Assembly (NCBI GenBank): GCA_025057645.1
Contig: JANXBJ010000011.1
Span: forward strand, 24,028 to 88,027
Origin: Anaerolineales bacterium
GTDB taxonomy: Bacteria > Chloroflexota > Anaerolineae > Anaerolineales > UBA4823
DNA length: 64,000 nucleotides
Reading direction: 5' to 3'
Made by a program: the position numbers and the translations under genes
Shown here: in pieces, positions 26,964 through 36,378 of the stretch
How positions within the stretch are numbered: position 1 is the stretch's first letter
Layout of the letters: each line of letters opens with the position of its first letter
The notes under the pieces: model-generated
Told to the model about the DNA's origin: nothing
What the model saw: only the letters and a program-made list of their open reading frames with translations
Database searches by the model: none

Positions 26964-28200
26964 GGGTGGGGGTGCGTGTTAGGGTTGGGTAGGGGGTGAT
27001 GCTCGGAGTAACCGGTGTGCGTGTCAGGGTCGGGTAGGGAGTGATAGTGGGGGTGAGTGGTGTGCGTGTTAGAGTCGGGTAAGGGGTTCTAGTCGAGGTT
27101 GCGGTTGGGCTAACGTAGGGAGTGCGGGTTAGGGTCACTGTAGGGGTTACCGTAACCGTCCAAGTGGGCCGTCTAGTCGATGTGACTGTCGGAGTAAATG
27201 TGGGAACGGGTGTCCGTGTCGGGGTTACCGGTGTGGAAGTAGCGGTTGGATAGGGAGTTCGAGAAGGGGTCACCGTAGGGCTGTATAAGGGTGACGGTGT
27301 GAGGTTCGATTGAGGAGGCGGCGTTTGAGTTCGTGTGGAGGTAGGGGTACGGGTTGACGTGGAAGTTCGAGTGGGAGTTGGAGTCCTCGTTGAGGTCGGG
27401 GTTTGGGTAAAAGTGGATGTTGATGTCGGTGTCGGTGGTTCTCCAATAACGCGGAAGCGTCCTGATCGTTTCCACACAGTACCGACATACAACTGAACCT
27501 CGTATTCACCGGGCAACCACTTGGAGGGGTCGGGATTCCAATCGGTGTATCCGTAACCTCCGGTTCCGCCGTCCCAGACTTTCGTTTCAAAATGAACCAG
27601 CTCGCCATCTCTATACCAGAGTGCCGTCCATTGGGATCCATCGACCATCTGATCGTAACTGAAGAGGCCATACAGATGTCCGACTGGATTGCGGAACTCT
27701 TCGCCCGGCGCGAGTGGTTGATAATTCTCCCCGATGCCTTGGGTGAAGATAATTGGGCTGAATTTCGCCTCCGGATTCGGGGTGACGGTGGCCTCAAAGC
27801 GGGCTTCGATGGCAAGAGGAATATACGGAGTGGGAGTGATCGTGGGAGTGTCGGTGACTTCTGGGGTAGGGGTGATCGTTGGGGAGAGCGTGAGAGTGGG
27901 GGTGAGAGTAATGGTCGGCGTAAGGGTAATGGTTGGGCTTAGAGTCGGGGTTGGCGAAGGGGGAAAAACGGAATAAATTAGCGGCTCGGCGCGAGCATTA
28001 ACGATCAGAGCAAGAATGAAAACCACAAAGGCAGCACCGAGCAATCGCCACCCTTGCAGGTTGCGATTGCGACGCAGGCGGAAGAAGGGCAACTTCCGGG
28101 CGGAGCGGATCGAGCGGATGCCCTGCCAGATCATCAAGGCGGCTGAGAGCAACAAGAGAAGAAAAGCAACTCGGACAGCGGTGTGGATGTCCAGAGTCAT
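26953..28200 (-). CDS. Membrane-anchored protein with two Pro/Thr-rich low-complexity regions flanking a globular domain
   Basis: N-terminal TM 'VAFLLLLLSAALMIW' and a second TM segment. It contains 'TPTLSPTITLTPTITLTPT...' and a C-terminal run of 'ITPYPTLTRTPxTPx' repeats. Confidence 0.6.
   Translation of the reverse strand: MTLDIHTAVRVAFLLLLLSAALMIWQGIRSIRSARKLPFFRLRRNRNLQGWRLLGAAFVVFILALIVNARAEPLIYSVFPPSPTPTLSPTITLTPTITLTPTLTLSPTITPTPEVTDTPTITPTPYIPLAIEARFEATVTPNPEAKFSPIIFTQGIGENYQPLAPGEEFRNPVGHLYGLFSYDQMVDGSQWTALWYRDGELVHFETKVWDGGTGGYGYTDWNPDPSKWLPGEYEVQLYVGTVWKRSGRFRVIGEPPTPTSTSTFTQTPTSTRTPTPTRTSTSTRTPTSTRTQTPPPQSNLTPSPLYSPTVTPSRTPYPTATSTPVTPTRTPVPTFTPTVTSTRRPTWTVTVTPTVTLTRTPYVSPTATSTRTPYPTLTRTPLTPTITPYPTLTRTPVTPSITPYPTLTRTPTPSG
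26968..27102. repeat. Three imperfect ~45-nt tandem repeats inside the PT-rich gene
   Basis: ggtg(t)gcgtgtYagRgtYgggtaRggg... recurs at about 26971, 27014 and 27059. On the minus strand it encodes the 15-aa 'ITPYPTLTRTPxTPx' unit. Confidence 0.6.
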
Positions 28201-28218
28201 GGGAAGCGGTTTTGACTC

Positions 28219-28989
28219 CTAGTAGGGAGTTTCTGCCTTTACCGGATTTTCCAGGGTGCCGATCCCCTCAATGGTGATGCGCACAATGTCACCATCGGCT
28301 AGCGGGCTTACCCCTGCCGGTGTTCCGGTGAGGATGAGGTCACCGGGCTCGAGGGTCATCACCGAAGAAGCGAAGGCAACGAGCTGATGCACATTAAAGA
28401 CCATATCCTGGGTTGATGCCATTTGACGAATCTCGTCGTTCACTGTGCAAGTGATCAGAGCATCGGCGGGGTTAAATTCGGTCTCGATCCAAGGGCCGAT
28501 GGGACAAAAGGTGTCGAAACCTTTTGCCCGTGTCCATTGATGATCTCGGTTTTGGAGGTCTCGAGCGGTGACGTCATTAGCGATCGTGTAGCCTAGGATG
28601 TAATTTTCGGCTTCATCAGGAGGAATCCAACGCCCCCGTTTTCCAATCACCACGGCTAGTTCCGCTTCGTGCTCAACTTGGTGGCTTTGTGGAGGGAGAA
28701 GAATGGTGTCCAAGTGACCGATCACCGCTGAGGGAGGCTTGAGGAACAGGAGCGGTACTTCGGGGACTTGCACGCCGTGTTCCGAAGCATGTGCAGCATA
28801 GTTTCTTCCGACGCAGATGATTTTGCTGGGCAGGACTGGAGGAAGAAGTTTGACTTGGGAGAGGTCTTCTTCAGCTTCCAGACGACGAAATTCCGTGAAA
28901 ATGGAGCCCTCAATCGGGCCGATCTCGTTGCCGGAAAGCCAGCCTTGGCGAGGGGGCTGATTCGGTTTTTGGTAGCGCACGAATCGCAT
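28219..28989 (-). CDS. Fumarylacetoacetate hydrolase (FAH) family protein
   Basis: 'KIICVGRNYAAHA', 'HEAELAVVIGK', 'GYTIANDVTARD', 'GDLILTGTPAGV'. Confidence 0.85.
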   Translation of the reverse strand: MRFVRYQKPNQPPRQGWLSGNEIGPIEGSIFTEFRRLEAEEDLSQVKLLPPVLPSKIICVGRNYAAHASEHGVQVPEVPLLFLKPPSAVIGHLDTILLPPQSHQVEHEAELAVVIGKRGRWIPPDEAENYILGYTIANDVTARDLQNRDHQWTRAKGFDTFCPIGPWIETEFNPADALITCTVNDEIRQMASTQDMVFNVHQLVAFASSVMTLEPGDLILTGTPAGVSPLADGDIVRITIEGIGTLENPVKAETPY

Positions 28990-29009
28990 GAGGGGTTCTC
29001 CATTCGAGG

Positions 29010-29846
29010 TTATTTGACAGGTTGTTGGATGCGGTTTGAAATTTCAAGAATGGCCTGTTCGGTGCCAGCAAACCGATCGGCATACCGTCGGCGCAGCAGC
29101 TTAGCCAAGGTGTAGATGATCGCTTCTAACGAGACAATCCCCACTCCCACGGAAGGGTGAGAAGCGGCTGCGATGACAATGTCGGCACATTGGGTTGAAG
29201 TGAGAGAAGCTGCCCCAACGATGGCAGCAGTTGGAATACCCCGTGAGCGCGCTTCGCACAGCGCAGAAGCAATGTAAGGGGTTTGTCCGGTGATTTCTAC
29301 AGCGAGGATCAAATCATGATGGGTGGCGTTGTTGAGGGCTCGTGCTAGATCAACCACTCCTGCGCGAGCGATGTAGACAGGAAAACCTCCTTGTTCGAGG
29401 TATTGAACTAGGCTGTAAGCGTTTGGTTGTGCGGGGCCTTCGGCGAAAATAACCGTGCGCCGGACATGGCCGAGCAGTTCCACTAATCTGGAGAGGGCTT
29501 CCGTGTTGAGGGAGATCTTCGTGTGTTCAATAGCCTCTGCGATCTCTTGCATCGCAGATTGAGCAATGCCGGCCACACTGTTTGGCTCTAGAGCCTCGCG
29601 GGGACGGAGCAGCAAGTCATTGCGCACTTTTTGACGAATTTCCTGCTGTAGCTCCGGAAAGCCATGATAACCGAGAAACTGGGAAAAACGAACCACCGTG
29701 GCTGCATCTAGATTCAGGGTGTGGGCGAGTTCGCTGGCGGTCATAAAAGAGGCTTCGATGTAGGAATCCAGAAGATAATCAGCCAATCGAGAGAAGCTTT
29801 TCGACATTTTCGGCTTGGCAGCCCGAATTCTCTCCTCGTAATTCAT
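29010..29846 (-). CDS. MurR/RpiR family transcriptional regulator (HTH + SIS domain)
   Basis: 'LADYLL...MTASELAHTLNLDAATVVRFSQFLGYHGF' HTH followed by a SIS domain. The ATG at 29846 has GAGGAG 6 nt upstream. Confidence 0.8.
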   Translation of the reverse strand: MNYEERIRAAKPKMSKSFSRLADYLLDSYIEASFMTASELAHTLNLDAATVVRFSQFLGYHGFPELQQEIRQKVRNDLLLRPREALEPNSVAGIAQSAMQEIAEAIEHTKISLNTEALSRLVELLGHVRRTVIFAEGPAQPNAYSLVQYLEQGGFPVYIARAGVVDLARALNNATHHDLILAVEITGQTPYIASALCEARSRGIPTAAIVGAASLTSTQCADIVIAAASHPSVGVGIVSLEAIIYTLAKLLRRRYADRFAGTEQAILEISNRIQQPVK

Positions 29847-30019
29847 ATACGCTCCTCGTGAAACCACCTAAAGCTGGATTCTCAATAAATATTACCACAT
29901 TTGCTTCAAAAATGCAAACTTTTCTGAAAGACGGGGTGATTCCTCAATCTGAATCGTGAGGAAAAGTTCCCAAAGTTCCCCTTGCAGTGAGGAATTTAGG
30001 GTATAATCGGAATGTGAAT

Positions 30020-30093
30020 GGGCGGATAGCTCAGTTGGTTAGAGCGCCTCTCTTACACAGAGGAGGTCGGGGGTTCGAGTCCCTTTCCGCCCA
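30020..30093 (+). tRNA. tRNA-Val (anticodon UAC)
   Basis: GGGCGGA-TA-GCTCAGTTGGTTAGAGC-G-CCTCT-CTTACAC-AGAGG-...-TTCGAGT-...-TCCGCCC-A cloverleaf. CCA is not encoded. Confidence 0.9.
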
Positions 30094-30100
30094 TCGGTCG

Positions 30101-30138
30101 CATCCTATGAAGTTCGTCCTTCATAGGATGATTTTCTT
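30101..30138 (+). terminator. Rho-independent terminator after tRNA-Val
   Basis: Perfect 12-bp stem catcctatgaag / cttcataggatg with loop ttcgtc, followed by attttctt. Confidence 0.75.
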
Positions 30139-30680
30139 AACTTGACCGGAGTGTTTTGGAGGAATAGAATTGAAGCGGAAAGGACCGGGAGGCAAGGATG
30201 TCTCTGCCAGTGAAATCGGAGAGAACAAGCTTGGCCTTGCAATTCTTCGTGATCTCTGCACCTAGTGGCGGCAGAATTTTACTCATTTCTCTGCCGGGGG
30301 GTTGAGTTTGAAATCGAAGGAATGTCAATCGGCTATCCCTCAACAAGGCGGTGCTTTGGCTATGTCGAGCACCTGTACTTGGTTGAGCGCATCCAAAACC
30401 AAGCTCGTTGACGTTTCTATAGCTTGCCAGAGAACGATGGGCTTCCCCGGAGGCGCAACCTTTGTTCTAACTGCCGAGAAGCTGACCCAGACCGAGAAGT
30501 TGTTCCTTGATGGAACGATATGGAAACAACAGATTGTCAAGTCCTTGAAGGACAAAGTTTTGTGTGGGGGAATAATTCTGTAAGCCGAGGAGCGAGGTGT
30601 CCCGCTCTGCGGCAAGCCTCATCAAGCTCTGCCTGCTATTACACCAGATTGCCAAATCCTATATTACCAAGGAGCCTGCA

Positions 30681-33600
30681 ATGAGTGATTTTCTATTTCG
30701 AGGTTCAATCCACGACTTTGACCGGGACCTCAAGGAACTTATAGACCTAGAAACCGAGCGGCAAGCGCGCAAATTGATCTTGATTCCTAGCGAGAGTATT
30801 GCGCCTCTGGCTGTGCGCGAGATTCTTAGTTGCGCGTTTCAAAATATCTACGCCGAAGGATACCCTCCGGAGGAAAGCCGCCGATACCTCGAGCGTGAGA
30901 TTTTGGATTACGATTTTCAACTCTCCTACTATCGACGTTTCTCCGACCAGCGCTATTACAAGGGGGTGGAGTATGCAAACTTGGTGGAAATGCTGGCCCG
31001 ACGGCGTTGTGCTGAGTTGTTCGCCAATGAGAAAGTGAGTGCCGATGAGCTCTTTGTCAACGTTCAAGCGCTCTCGGGCGCACCGGCGAACAACGCCGTT
31101 TTTCATGCCTTGTTGAACCCGGGCGATCCGATTTTGGGAATGAGCCTGCTCCATGGCGGGCATCTGACGCATGGATCATCTGTGAATCGGTCTGGGAAGT
31201 ATTACCAGGCGCACCATTACACGGTCGATCCCGAAACAGAACAGATCGACTATGAAAAAATCCAGGAACTGGCTGAACAAGTGCGTCCGAAGATCATTAT
31301 AGCAGGGTACTCTTCATACCCCTGGACAGTGGACTGGGAGCGCTTTGCTCAGATCGCTCATTCCGTGGGGGCATTCTTGATGGCCGATATTGCTCATGTA
31401 GCGGGTTTGGTTGCGGCTGGTGTATACCCTTCTCCGGTTGGTTTTGCAGATGTGATCACTTTCACCACCCATAAATCTTTGTGCGGCCCGCGTGGGGCTT
31501 GTATCCTTACTACCGATCCAGCTTTGGCGAAGAAAATCGACCGGGCGGTTTTCCCGGGAGAGCAGGGCGGTCCACATGTGAATACCTTTGCAGCAATGGC
31601 TCTGGCATTTAAGCTTGCCCAGACCGAACAGTTCCGGCAGTTACAAGCCCAAGTGGTCAAAAATTGTGTAGCGTTAACCCAAAGGCTGAAAGAACTTGGC
31701 TGTCGCATCTCGTATGGTGGGACAAACACCCACCTGACTAACGTGGATTGCCGAACCTTTGTCGGGCCGGATGGGACAACCCTTTCCGGCGATCAAGCTG
31801 CTCGTATTTTGGACATCGCCGGCATTGTGGTCAATCGCAATACGATCCCGGGCGACACATCGGCAGCAGATCCTTCAGGCATCCGCTTGGGCACGCCGTG
31901 GGTAACCCAACGTGGACTCAAAGAAGAGCATATGGGCCGGATCGCCGAGCTAATTGTCGAGGTGCTCAAGGCAACCAAGCCCTATACCTATGCCGTTCGG
32001 GTAGCCAACTTGCGCCGTGCCAAGGTAGATTTCGATACCCTCGAGACCGTCAAGATTCGGGTGCGAGAGCTTGCCGAAAAAGCCAGTGTGTATGAGACGG
32101 TTGGCTGTCATGGGTATCCTCACTATTATTATATAGACGATCCCTATCCGACGTCTGAAGGATGGGCTGTGTTCCTCATCAAGGGGGATAGTGTGCGCCA
32201 GTTCATAAACTATGCTACGGACGTGGATGTCTCGTGGATTCAGCCCGGCGAAGCAACCTCTGTGCACATCTCGGCGCGCCAGAGAACCGGCAAGGGACTG
32301 TTAGCTTGCCGAGCCGAAAGAGAGTTCCTCCTATTCTTGCCTCCCCGGGATGCCGCTTATATCGCAGCTTGGCTGCGTGCTCTTTCGGATGGATATGTCG
32401 AGTTCGAATCCTCAGACGGTGCTTTAGACCGGGTGATGAAAAAGCTGCCCGGACCGGTAATTGTCAAGGACGTCCCAAGCGAACCCCCGCCCGGAATCTT
32501 ACAGCCCAATAGAAGTGCTGAAAAACCTTATTTCATCGGGATTCCTGCCGGGAGCGGTGTGCCGAAGCCGGAGTTCCGCTGGTATCAGTCAGAGTCTCCT
32601 CTGAAGAGAACCCCCCTTTATGACTTGCACCGTCGGTTGGGAGCCAAGTTGATTCCTTTTGCGGGATGGGAAATGCCGGTATGGTATAGTTCAGTGATCG
32701 AGGAGCATCGGGCGACCCGCAGTGCAGCCGGCCTTTTTGATGTTTCTCACATGGGTGTCTATCAGGTCGAAGGTGCAGATGCCGCAGCTTTTCTAGATAG
32801 CGTTTGTGGAAACGATATTGGCGGGCTGGAAGTAGGGGAGTCATGTTATACCCATTTCCTCGACCCGAACGCTAACGTTATTGACGATACTTTGGTTTAC
32901 CGTAGAGCACAGGATGTTTTCCTAGTGGTGGTCAATGCAGCTAACGACGAGAAGGATTGGGCGTGGCTGAATGCCGTTTTAGCAGGGGAAGTCTGCGTGG
33001 ACAGAGATCGGCCCTGGGCTCGTGCTTTTGGGCGGAGAGCGCGCCTGCGCAATCTGCGTGACCCTAAGGAGGGCGAAGATATGCGCGTCGACATTGCCCT
33101 TCAAGGACCAAAGTCACGAGAGATATTGTTGGAATTAGAGGTTGACGCTGAGACCCATAAAAAGATCCTCGCCCTAAAGCGAACCGAATTGTGCGATGCT
33201 CGGATTGGAGGCTTCGATTTGATTGTTTCGCGAACGGGCTATACCGGCGAAAAGATGGGGTTTGAGCTGTTTGTTCATCCCGACCAGGCGGTTGATCTGT
33301 TTTGCGCACTGCTGGAGAAGGGTGAGCGCTATGGGATTAGACCTGTGGGCCTGGGAGCGAGGGATTCCCTTCGGACGGAGGCTGGTCTGCCGCTGTATGG
33401 TCATGAAATGGGGGAAGGCTCTGGCAAACTCGGTCAGCCGGATTTGGGGGTTGCAGAGGCTGGTTTTGGAAGTTATGTCAAACTCCATAAGCCGTGGTTT
33501 ATCGGTCGCCAGGCTTTTGTTGAGCGGGAGAGGACCCGTAAGGGGGTGGTAGTGCGCTTTCAGTTTTTGGAGAAAGGGGTTCGGGTTGCGCACAGCGGTG

Positions 33601-33839
33601 ACCCAGTGCTAGACAAGCGTGGTCGGGTGATCGGCTGGGTTACTAGTTGTGCGATTGATCAGCAAGGTTCGTTGACTGGGCAGGCCTTCGTTGAACTGAA
33701 GAGCGCCGAAGAAGGTACGCGAATCTTGATCTACCAAGGCTCCCCAGATCAATCAATAAAGGCGCCGGCGGCATTGACTCTGGGAGAAAAATCAATCCTA
33801 CCCAGTGAAGCAGTGGTGGTAAGCCGTTTTCCGAAATAA
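30681..33839 (+). CDS. Fusion protein: serine hydroxymethyltransferase-like N-terminal domain, a ~150-aa middle region, and a glycine-cleavage T-protein (aminomethyltransferase) C-terminal domain
   Basis: The N-terminus has '[14 protein letters not shown]', 'AEGYP' and PLP-Lys motif '[13 protein letters not shown]'. The C-terminus has '[27 protein letters not shown]', '[11 protein letters not shown]' and '[20 protein letters not shown]'. The ATG at 30681 has an AAGGAG SD. Confidence 0.85.
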   Translation: MSDFLFRGSIHDFDRDLKELIDLETERQARKLILIPSESIAPLAVREILSCAFQNIYAEGYPPEESRRYLEREILDYDFQLSYYRRFSDQRYYKGVEYANLVEMLARRRCAELFANEKVSADELFVNVQALSGAPANNAVFHALLNPGDPILGMSLLHGGHLTHGSSVNRSGKYYQAHHYTVDPETEQIDYEKIQELAEQVRPKIIIAGYSSYPWTVDWERFAQIAHSVGAFLMADIAHVAGLVAAGVYPSPVGFADVITFTTHKSLCGPRGACILTTDPALAKKIDRAVFPGEQGGPHVNTFAAMALAFKLAQTEQFRQLQAQVVKNCVALTQRLKELGCRISYGGTNTHLTNVDCRTFVGPDGTTLSGDQAARILDIAGIVVNRNTIPGDTSAADPSGIRLGTPWVTQRGLKEEHMGRIAELIVEVLKATKPYTYAVRVANLRRAKVDFDTLETVKIRVRELAEKASVYETVGCHGYPHYYYIDDPYPTSEGWAVFLIKGDSVRQFINYATDVDVSWIQPGEATSVHISARQRTGKGLLACRAEREFLLFLPPRDAAYIAAWLRALSDGYVEFESSDGALDRVMKKLPGPVIVKDVPSEPPPGILQPNRSAEKPYFIGIPAGSGVPKPEFRWYQSESPLKRTPLYDLHRRLGAKLIPFAGWEMPVWYSSVIEEHRATRSAAGLFDVSHMGVYQVEGADAAAFLDSVCGNDIGGLEVGESCYTHFLDPNANVIDDTLVYRRAQDVFLVVVNAANDEKDWAWLNAVLAGEVCVDRDRPWARAFGRRARLRNLRDPKEGEDMRVDIALQGPKSREILLELEVDAETHKKILALKRTELCDARIGGFDLIVSRTGYTGEKMGFELFVHPDQAVDLFCALLEKGERYGIRPVGLGARDSLRTEAGLPLYGHEMGEGSGKLGQPDLGVAEAGFGSYVKLHKPWFIGRQAFVERERTRKGVVVRFQFLEKGVRVAHSGDPVLDKRGRVIGWVTSCAIDQQGSLTGQAFVELKSAEEGTRILIYQGSPDQSIKAPAALTLGEKSILPSEAVVVSRFPK

Positions 33840-33885
33840 TTGTTTTCTGGGAGGAAGGTTTTCACAGAGGAAGGAGGAGGATCAA

Positions 33886-35172
33886 ATGGTACGACCCATC
33901 GTAAAAGTTACGGGTGCAATTCGAGACGAAAGAGGCTTGCAAACTCCTTGGGATCATCGCTACGCGCATCGCACAAAGCGGATGGGGAGTTCGGCAGTGC
34001 GAGAGTTGCTCAAATTCACCGAACAACCCGATATTATCTCTTTTGCAGGCGGTCTGCCTGCTCCGGAGGTCTTCCCAATTGAAAGGTTTGCCGAGGCTTG
34101 TCAGAAGGTCTTGCGCGACTACGGGGCTCAGGCGCTGCAGTACGGTCCCACGGAAGGCTATTTGCCCTTGAGGGAACAAATCGCACGGCACACCGCACGC
34201 TACGGGATCAACGTAAATCCGGAGAACATTCTGATCACCTCGGGGTCGCAACAAGCCCTGGACCTGATTGGGAAGGTATTTATTAATCGTGGGGATCGCA
34301 TCTTGGTCGAGTCCCCGACATACTTGGGCGCGCTTCAGGCGTGGAATGCCTACGGGGCGGAGTACGTGGCAGTACCATCGGATAAGCAGGGGATGATTAC
34401 CGATGCCCTGGAGGAGGCGCTGAGGTATGGACCGAAGTTCATCTATGTCCTGCCTAATTTCCAAAACCCGACCGGTGTGACTCTCTCCCTCGAGCGTCGT
34501 TACCAGTTAGTTGAGCTTGCAAATCGGTTTGGAGTCCCCATCATTGAGGATGATCCCTATGGACAGTTGCGCTACGAGGGGGAGCACTTGCCTTCTATTG
34601 TAGTGGTAGATGGCCAGTATCGGGGAAACCACGACCGCTGCTATCGGGGAAATGTGATCTACCTTAGCACCTTCTCGAAGATCCTTGCGCCGGGCTTGCG
34701 GCTAGGTTGGGTGGTGGCCCCACCCGAGGTGATTCGGAAGATGGTGGAAGCGAAACAAGGGGAGGATTTACACACGGCTACCTTTAACCAGCTTGTCGCA
34801 CACGAGGTTTCAAAGGGTGGCTTCCTAGACGAGCATGTAAAGGTGATCCGTCAGGTCTATCGCCAGCGTCGCGATGTCATGTTGGCCGCTATGGACCGCT
34901 ATTTTCCTTCGGAAGTGGATTGGACGCACCCGGAGGGGGGCTTGTTCCTGTGGGGAACAATGCCCGAGTACCTTGATGCCAAAGAGGTGTTGAAGGACGC
35001 CCTCGAACAGAAAGTGGCCTTTGTGCCGGGGGAAAGCTTTTACCCGGGCGGGGGAGGACACAACACGATGCGCCTGAATTTTTCGAACGCAACACCTGAA
35101 AAAATCGAAGAAGGCATCTACAGGTTAGGGAATGTAATCCGCGCAAAAATGCAAGAGCTAGCCCCAGCCTAA
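33886..35172 (+). CDS. PLP-dependent aminotransferase, class I/II (2-aminoadipate/aromatic aminotransferase-like)
   Basis: 'SFAGGLPAPEVFP', 'NFQNPTG', 'YLSTFSKILAPGLRLGW' (PLP Lys). GGAGGAGG SD upstream. Confidence 0.8.
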   Translation: MVRPIVKVTGAIRDERGLQTPWDHRYAHRTKRMGSSAVRELLKFTEQPDIISFAGGLPAPEVFPIERFAEACQKVLRDYGAQALQYGPTEGYLPLREQIARHTARYGINVNPENILITSGSQQALDLIGKVFINRGDRILVESPTYLGALQAWNAYGAEYVAVPSDKQGMITDALEEALRYGPKFIYVLPNFQNPTGVTLSLERRYQLVELANRFGVPIIEDDPYGQLRYEGEHLPSIVVVDGQYRGNHDRCYRGNVIYLSTFSKILAPGLRLGWVVAPPEVIRKMVEAKQGEDLHTATFNQLVAHEVSKGGFLDEHVKVIRQVYRQRRDVMLAAMDRYFPSEVDWTHPEGGLFLWGTMPEYLDAKEVLKDALEQKVAFVPGESFYPGGGGHNTMRLNFSNATPEKIEEGIYRLGNVIRAKMQELAPA

Positions 35173-35196
35173 GCGACCTTGACCGAACGTTGCTCG

Positions 35197-35231
35197 TGGA
35201 GGGTTTTTTCTTGCCCTCCATGAGCTTTTTT
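35197..35231 (+). terminator. Possible terminator hairpin between convergent genes
   Basis: TGGAGGG / CCCTCCA stem with a 10-nt T-rich loop; a TTTTTT run begins 5 nt downstream. Geometry is imperfect. Confidence 0.4.
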
Positions 35232-36378
35232 ATGGGCAAGCGTTCGCAAGGTGCTCGGCGTAAGTTTTAGCAAAAAGATGCCGCCCGCTGCCATCGCAGG
35301 CGGCGCGAAAGTAGAAGTATTCACTCGAAGGGGCGTTGGCTACGGCAAGGATTGCCTCTAAGCTGGGATTACAAATCGGTGTGGGGGGGAGGCCGGGGTA
35401 AAGATAAGTGTTGTAAGGTGAGTCAACCCTCAGGTCGGCTTTGCTGAGCGGGTTTTTCCACCAAGTGTTTTGTTGCTCGTCGTAACCCAAAGCAAATTGG
35501 ACTGTGGGGTCGGAGTCGAGTTTCATTTGCACCCGCAGGCGGTTGAGGAAAACCGAGGCGATAAGAGGCATTTCCTCTGCAATTACCCCCTCGCGCTGAA
35601 CAATCGAGGAAAGGATAACCCCCTCATAAAGAGATAATCCCTGGTGGCGCAGTTTCTCCTCAATCTCTCGGGTCACTTGGAAGTCGAAACTCTGGGTGAA
35701 TTGGCGCAGTAACTCTTCTGCCGAGGCGGTTTTGCGGAAGCGATAGGAAGCCGGCATCAGAAACCCTTGAAGGCTTTTTGCGGTTTCCGAGGAACTGCGG
35801 TGGGGGAGATAGAAACTCACAGGGTGGTTAGCTGCTTCGAGGAAAGCTTCGACTGAGAAATTCAACCCTGAGGCCACAAGGGCCTCGGCTACCTCTTCGT
35901 TGCGCCAGCCGGCTAACAGGTTGAACTGAATTAGCAAATTGGCCGGATTGATCAGCGCCTGTGCGATTTGGAAAGGGCTCATTCCTGCGCTTAACAGATG
36001 TTCTCCACTCTGAATTTGGGTGTCGTATCCAAGGTATTGCAGCAGGATTTGCATCGAATCCGGGTCGGCGATCAATCCCTCCTGGGATAATCTGAGGAGG
36101 ATCCCCTGAGTTGGTTCACCGGGCGTGATCAGAAAGGACTTTGGCTGAGCCTGCGGGTTGAGGGGGGTCAACAAGGTCTCTCGGTTAGCAAAAAGCAAGA
36201 GTTCGAACCAAGTTCGCTCTGCATAGTCAAGAGATGGGTCGGGTCTCCCGAAGGCTCGCTCCACTTCTGCATGGATGGTTGAGAGGGCTGTGAGCCCCCC
36301 GGTGCTGAGCACCCCGCAAAGGGCAATCACTAGAGCCAAGAGGAAGCATGAAAAAGAAAGTTTTTGTCTATTCGGCAT
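35230..36378 (-). CDS. mltG: Endolytic murein transglycosylase MltG (YceG-like)
   Basis: N-terminal TM, then 'SIVQREG', 'VFLNRL..M.LDSDPTVQFA', 'YNTYLYPGLPPTPICNP'. The ATG at 36378 (MPNRQKL) overlaps the ruvX 3' end. Confidence 0.85.
   Translation of the reverse strand: MPNRQKLSFSCFLLALVIALCGVLSTGGLTALSTIHAEVERAFGRPDPSLDYAERTWFELLLFANRETLLTPLNPQAQPKSFLITPGEPTQGILLRLSQEGLIADPDSMQILLQYLGYDTQIQSGEHLLSAGMSPFQIAQALINPANLLIQFNLLAGWRNEEVAEALVASGLNFSVEAFLEAANHPVSFYLPHRSSSETAKSLQGFLMPASYRFRKTASAEELLRQFTQSFDFQVTREIEEKLRHQGLSLYEGVILSSIVQREGVIAEEMPLIASVFLNRLRVQMKLDSDPTVQFALGYDEQQNTWWKNPLSKADLRVDSPYNTYLYPGLPPTPICNPSLEAILAVANAPSSEYFYFRAACDGSGRHLFAKTYAEHLANACP

Noticed and set aside
26968-27460. Repetitive G/T-rich DNA that looks array-like at first glance
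   Set aside because: It is not a CRISPR array: the repeats are contiguous, have no unique spacers, and lie in-frame within a long Pro/Thr-rich ORF on the minus strand.
30421-30485. Glycine-riboswitch-like fragments (GCCAGAGAAC ... CCCCGGAGGCGCAAC ... CTGCCGAGAAGCT) upstream of the SHMT-GcvT gene
   Set aside because: It only loosely resembles the CUCUGGAGAG / CACCGAAGGGGCAA / CUCUCAGGCAAAAGGAC cores. The element would be ~30 nt too short, and I cannot place the P2/P3a helices. It needs a covariance-model scan, so I am not calling it.
30160-30505. RNase P RNA-like strings (GCGGAAAGGACCGGGAGG at ~30174; GAAGCTGACCCAGAC at ~30477, which resembles the 5' end of E. coli M1 RNA)
   Set aside because: The other universally conserved RNase P blocks (GGUAAGAGCGCACC, ACAGAACCCGGCUUA) are absent. 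An RNA starting at 30477 would also run into the well-supported CDS at 30681. I treat these as chance similarity.
30302-30583. 93-aa plus-strand ORF in the long leader region
   Set aside because: It has a TTG start, no SD at it or at the internal ATGs, and no recognisable motif. I cannot exclude a small protein, but the evidence is too weak to annotate it.
33862-34464. 200-aa minus-strand ORF opposite the aminotransferase gene
   Set aside because: It is antisense to a CDS with clear PLP-aminotransferase motifs. It has no start context and an Arg/Pro/Leu-rich shadow composition.
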